From contig CATMOE010000095.1 in the NCBI GenBank assembly GCA_950072105.1, forward strand, positions 1 through 10,141: a stretch of 10,141 nucleotides of DNA. Direction: 5' to 3'. Positions within the stretch are counted from its first letter, which is position 1, and each line of letters begins with the position of its first letter. The translations under genes and the position numbers were made by a program. Shown here piece after piece: positions 7,025 through 10,141 of the stretch. The notes under the pieces were generated by a model that was given only the letters and a program-made list of their open reading frames with translations, was not told where the DNA came from and made no database searches. Source of the DNA: an uncultured Dehalococcoidia bacterium (lineage in GTDB: Bacteria; Chloroflexota; Dehalococcoidia; Lucifugimonadales; UBA3495).

Positions 7025-7816
7025 CTACCGGCTGCCGGCGGACCGTCCTCCATCCACCATGTAGACACCTCCGGTGCAAAAGCTGCTTTCGTCACTGGCG
7101 AGGAACAGCATCATATTGGCTACTTCCTCGGGGTTTCCATAGCGTTGGAGAGGTATACGCGCCTCGAAGGATCGTTTTATATGCTCCAATGTTACCGCTG
7201 AATCGTCCGCGGCGGCGGCGCGCATCTCCTCTAAGGAGCGCATCATTCGCGTCTCGATGGGGGCGGGATTGACGGTGTTGACCCGGATACCTAGGGGGGC
7301 GCACTCCAGGGCGGCGGTGCGCATCATGCCGATGACCGCATGTTTGCTGGTGACGTACGCCGATATACCGGCACTGCCACCGATACCGGCGGTTGATGAT
7401 GTGATCACGATGCTGCCGCCGCCCCGGTTACGCATCACAGGAATCACGTACTTTAGTCCCAGCCAGACTCCGCGCACGTTCACCGCCATGACCCGGTCGA
7501 AGATGTCGATGGGATACTCCGGTATTGACGACAGCGTCCCTTCTATCCCCGCGTTCGCCAGATATATATCGACGCCCCCCCAGCGTTCGACAGCCGCGTT
7601 GACATAACTTTGGACCTGTTCAGGCTGGGTAACATCGGCAACCGCGTAGCTGGCCATGTCTTCGCCGATGGACTGGACAACGCTTTGGAGCGCTGACTCA
7701 TCCAGGTCAACCAAGACGACCTTAGCGCCCTCCGCGGTAAACCGTCTAGCGGCCGCCTGACCGATGCCTCCGGCCCCTCCGGTGATCAAGGCGATTTTTC
7801 CTGTAAGGCGTGCCAT
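7025..7816 (-). CDS. Classical short-chain dehydrogenase/reductase (SDR), probably NAD-dependent (263 aa)
   Basis: GGAGG SD before ATG 7816. TGGAGGIG, acidic VD at the end of beta2, NAG, catalytic S...YVTSK, C-terminal VDGG. Confidence 0.95.
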   Translation of the reverse strand: MARLTGKIALITGGAGGIGQAAARRFTAEGAKVVLVDLDESALQSVVQSIGEDMASYAVADVTQPEQVQSYVNAAVERWGGVDIYLANAGIEGTLSSIPEYPIDIFDRVMAVNVRGVWLGLKYVIPVMRNRGGGSIVITSSTAGIGGSAGISAYVTSKHAVIGMMRTAALECAPLGIRVNTVNPAPIETRMMRSLEEMRAAAADDSAVTLEHIKRSFEARIPLQRYGNPEEVANMMLFLASDESSFCTGGVYMVDGGRSAGSR

Positions 7817-7861
7817 GTGGCGCCTCCATTCCGTGGATATGTCTATGTGCAAGCATCGCTG

Positions 7862-8815
7862 TTAAGCGTCGTCGAAGAAGCGGCGGGGGTTTTCCACCAT
7901 TATCGAGTTGATGTCTTGATCGGTGGCGCCCAGCTCTTTTAGCCGGGGCAAGACTTTGCGGGTGATGAACAGATATCCGTCAGGATTGAACGCCTTCCTT
8001 TCCTCCGCTATTTCCCTGGAAACTTGGGTGCTCGGCACCGAATTGTCGTGGGAAAGCATCAGCCGGTGCGCGAAGCCGGCGTCGATCAGTTGCTTAACGA
8101 CCTCGGTGCGCCGTTCCCAGTTGGGAGTTTCCGCCGTGCGGCCGCCGGGATAGCGGTCCAACCCCAACCAGACGCCCTTGTTGAGCAGACCTAGCAGGTA
8201 ATCCAGGTCGGTGTCGTCGTTGCTGTGGCCCACGTAGACCCGGTTCAGGTCCACTCCCTCTTCCTCCAGGATGCGGATCTGCGCTTCTCCTACCCGGTCG
8301 GGGGACCAGGTATGCGTGGAGATTCGCACTCCAGTCTCCTTTTGGGCGATGGCCGCGGCCCGCAGTACGATCTCCTGGGGAGGCGTGATACCGCCTCGGT
8401 CGCTGGCGACCTTTATGATTCCAGCTTTGATTCCGCTGTCCTCGATGCCCTCCTGGATCTCCCGGATGAAATGGGGAGCGATGGCGCTGGGTGTTGACGC
8501 GGCAAAGTCCCGAGGGACGGCCAGATGGTTGCCGGTGCAGGCGATGATATGTACTCTGCTCCCCTTGGAAACCTCCTCCAATAAGCCGATATCCCGGCCC
8601 AGGTCGAAGGTTGTGACATCCACGATGGTGCGCACCCCCTCGTCATAAGCCGCCTTGAGTTCAACGATGCCTTCCGCCTCGACGGCCCGGTGGTCGATGA
8701 ACCCAGGATAAGTTTGGCTCATGCCGGCCGCGCTGAGCAGAACATGCTCGTGGCTCAGGGTAAATCCGAGGTCAGATGCCTCCACCGGGCCTAAAACCGT
8801 GTTAACCGTCGACAT
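7862..8815 (-). CDS. Phosphotriesterase/PTE-like lactonase family amidohydrolase (317 aa)
   Basis: AGGAGG SD before ATG 8815. VNTVLGPV..LGFTLSHEH, GIIKVA (bridging Lys), STHT, VGHS, SHD metal ligands and a C-terminal NPRRFF. Confidence 0.95.
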   Translation of the reverse strand: MSTVNTVLGPVEASDLGFTLSHEHVLLSAAGMSQTYPGFIDHRAVEAEGIVELKAAYDEGVRTIVDVTTFDLGRDIGLLEEVSKGSRVHIIACTGNHLAVPRDFAASTPSAIAPHFIREIQEGIEDSGIKAGIIKVASDRGGITPPQEIVLRAAAIAQKETGVRISTHTWSPDRVGEAQIRILEEEGVDLNRVYVGHSNDDTDLDYLLGLLNKGVWLGLDRYPGGRTAETPNWERRTEVVKQLIDAGFAHRLMLSHDNSVPSTQVSREIAEERKAFNPDGYLFITRKVLPRLKELGATDQDINSIMVENPRRFFDDA

Positions 8816-9175
8816 GTCGTGGCCTCCTAGCCGATTATCGCTGAAATTCCCACCTGGCATGGGCGCCGCTGGTCCGGATTTTACCATCGAAATGGTTCGC
8901 ACAACGTGGCGGATGAACGGAGGGCGGTCCAACTCATTATCGCCACATGGAAGGGCAGGGAGATTTGGCCGTATCGGTGCAGTTGGGACAGCGAGAGGGG
9001 TAACGGCGGCCTGAACCCGCGATAACCCGGATAAGCGTCTCCCAACAGGACGTAAGGCAAGTGCTAAACTGAGCGACGGTCCGGTGGACGTTTGATCCCG
9101 GTGGATCTTGAAGAATCGAACCGAGCAAGCCGGATATACGCGCCGATTTTAATCTGACACGAATGGATCTCCGGA

Positions 9176-9430
9176 ATGATTTTCAAGTTTCTAGGTCACC
9201 GATCGGTTTTATTCTGGCAAGTCGTGACGATCGTAGCGATGATATCGGTCGCTTGTGGCCAGAATGACGATATATCCACGGCTTCTCCGCCGACGCCGGA
9301 ATACGCTGGCGCGGGCTTCACTGCCGGGGAACAAAAGTTGCGCATCGACTGGCAGTGGCAATTGGCGGAGGAGCCGGTGTCTTGGAGATTTGGCACGTCT
9401 ACGCCGTTTCGGCTCTCCTGGCAAGGGTGA
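9176..9430 (+). pseudogene. Short lipoprotein-like ORF, probably a truncated gene
   Basis: Signal peptide with lipobox SVA-C, a Pro-rich linker, then 'DWQWQL', reminiscent of the start of GH114 (endo-alpha-1,4-polygalactosaminidase) domains. It stops about 20 residues later. Confidence 0.4.
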
Positions 9431-10010
9431 AAACTATTCTCAGGGCTTTCGTGACTGGAACCACCCAATGTTGGAACATTATTGCCTCAATATCGACCTA
9501 ATATCGCCCACTTAGCAACTATCTTTGTATCATTAAGTGACAGCTCCGAAACGCACCTTTCCACCGGCGGGGTCCAAGGGGGTATCAAACGTGTCCTGGG
9601 AATACCACCGTGACACCCTCTAGATTGACGGACCACGGACGGGGATAGATAGTGTGTCGGCCTGGTCTGGTCCGCTCCGGTCCGCTAAAAAGGTTACCGA
9701 AAGAGCCCCGTGGTCCCGGAGTTTCGTATATGGAGCCAGGCAGGTCCGGTAACCTGGGTAGCAACAACATCGGCATGGCGGCAGCGAAATTAATCCGGAC
9801 GCCACCAAAGGTGGCTGGAGTTCACTCGAATGGGGTCCTATACGGACGACGGCTGATGTCACCTACTGGCGACATATTCTTGCGGGCTCAACACCGCTAC
9901 TGGCATCAAACCAATCCCGCTGGACTTCAGCGCTGACTTTATCGTCGGTAGGGGATAGCGCCAGACCATTCACCGCCGATGCAGCTGCGTTCTCTTTCCT
10001 CTATCCAACC

Positions 10011-10141
10011 CAGAGAGAGGCCAGACTCGCTTCCAGCCTCGACCACCCAAATGTCACCCGTGTCCATGACTTCCAGGTGGAGGGCGACACTGCCTATATC
10101 GTCATGGAGTACGTCCCGGACTCCCTGGACAAACATGTCCG
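10011..10141 (+). pseudogene. Hanks-type Ser/Thr kinase fragment (subdomains III-V), runs off the window, N-terminal subdomains missing
   Basis: Manual translation from 10011: QREARLASSLDHPNVTRVHDFQVEGDTAYIVMEYVPDSLDKHV, a PknB-like pattern. The frame is open from 9762, but no GxGxxG loop, VAxK motif or ATG/GTG start precedes it. Confidence 0.75.

Noticed and set aside
8816..9175. 360-nt intergenic region as a riboswitch or ncRNA
   Set aside because: No Rfam-like consensus recognisable by eye. An Infernal/Rfam scan would be needed.
9428..9430. TGA ending the lipoprotein-like ORF as a possible Sec codon
   Set aside because: Another TGA follows after seven codons, with no motif or clear hairpin.
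1..10141. CRISPR array, tRNA/rRNA, transposase or integrase, and the many short antisense ORFs in the track
   Set aside because: No spaced direct repeats, cloverleaf or mobile-element motifs were seen. The short overlapping ORFs are expected shadows in GC-rich coding DNA.

Overview
GC-rich bacterial window. The gene mix (double NIPSNAP, SnoaL-like, phosphotriesterase, SDR, CMD-like, Rieske ferredoxin) is reminiscent of Chloroflexota/Dehalococcoidia, but that is inference only. The main signal is hidden from the ORF track: a minus-strand gene run appears to hold two UGA-recoded selenoprotein genes. (1) A TlpA/peroxiredoxin-like lipoprotein (3425..2667), split by the track into two ORFs, reads W-U-P-V-C (UxxC). 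(2) An unannotated 142-codon gene (1901..1473) ends N-U-P-V-L, where the family it resembles has N-C-P-V-V, and it also carries an in-frame TAG. Each UGA is followed by a similarly built SECIS-like hairpin (6-bp stem, 5-nt loop with GU at positions 2-3). The last ~1 kb looks like decayed or chimeric gene fragments, including an N-truncated Ser/Thr kinase.
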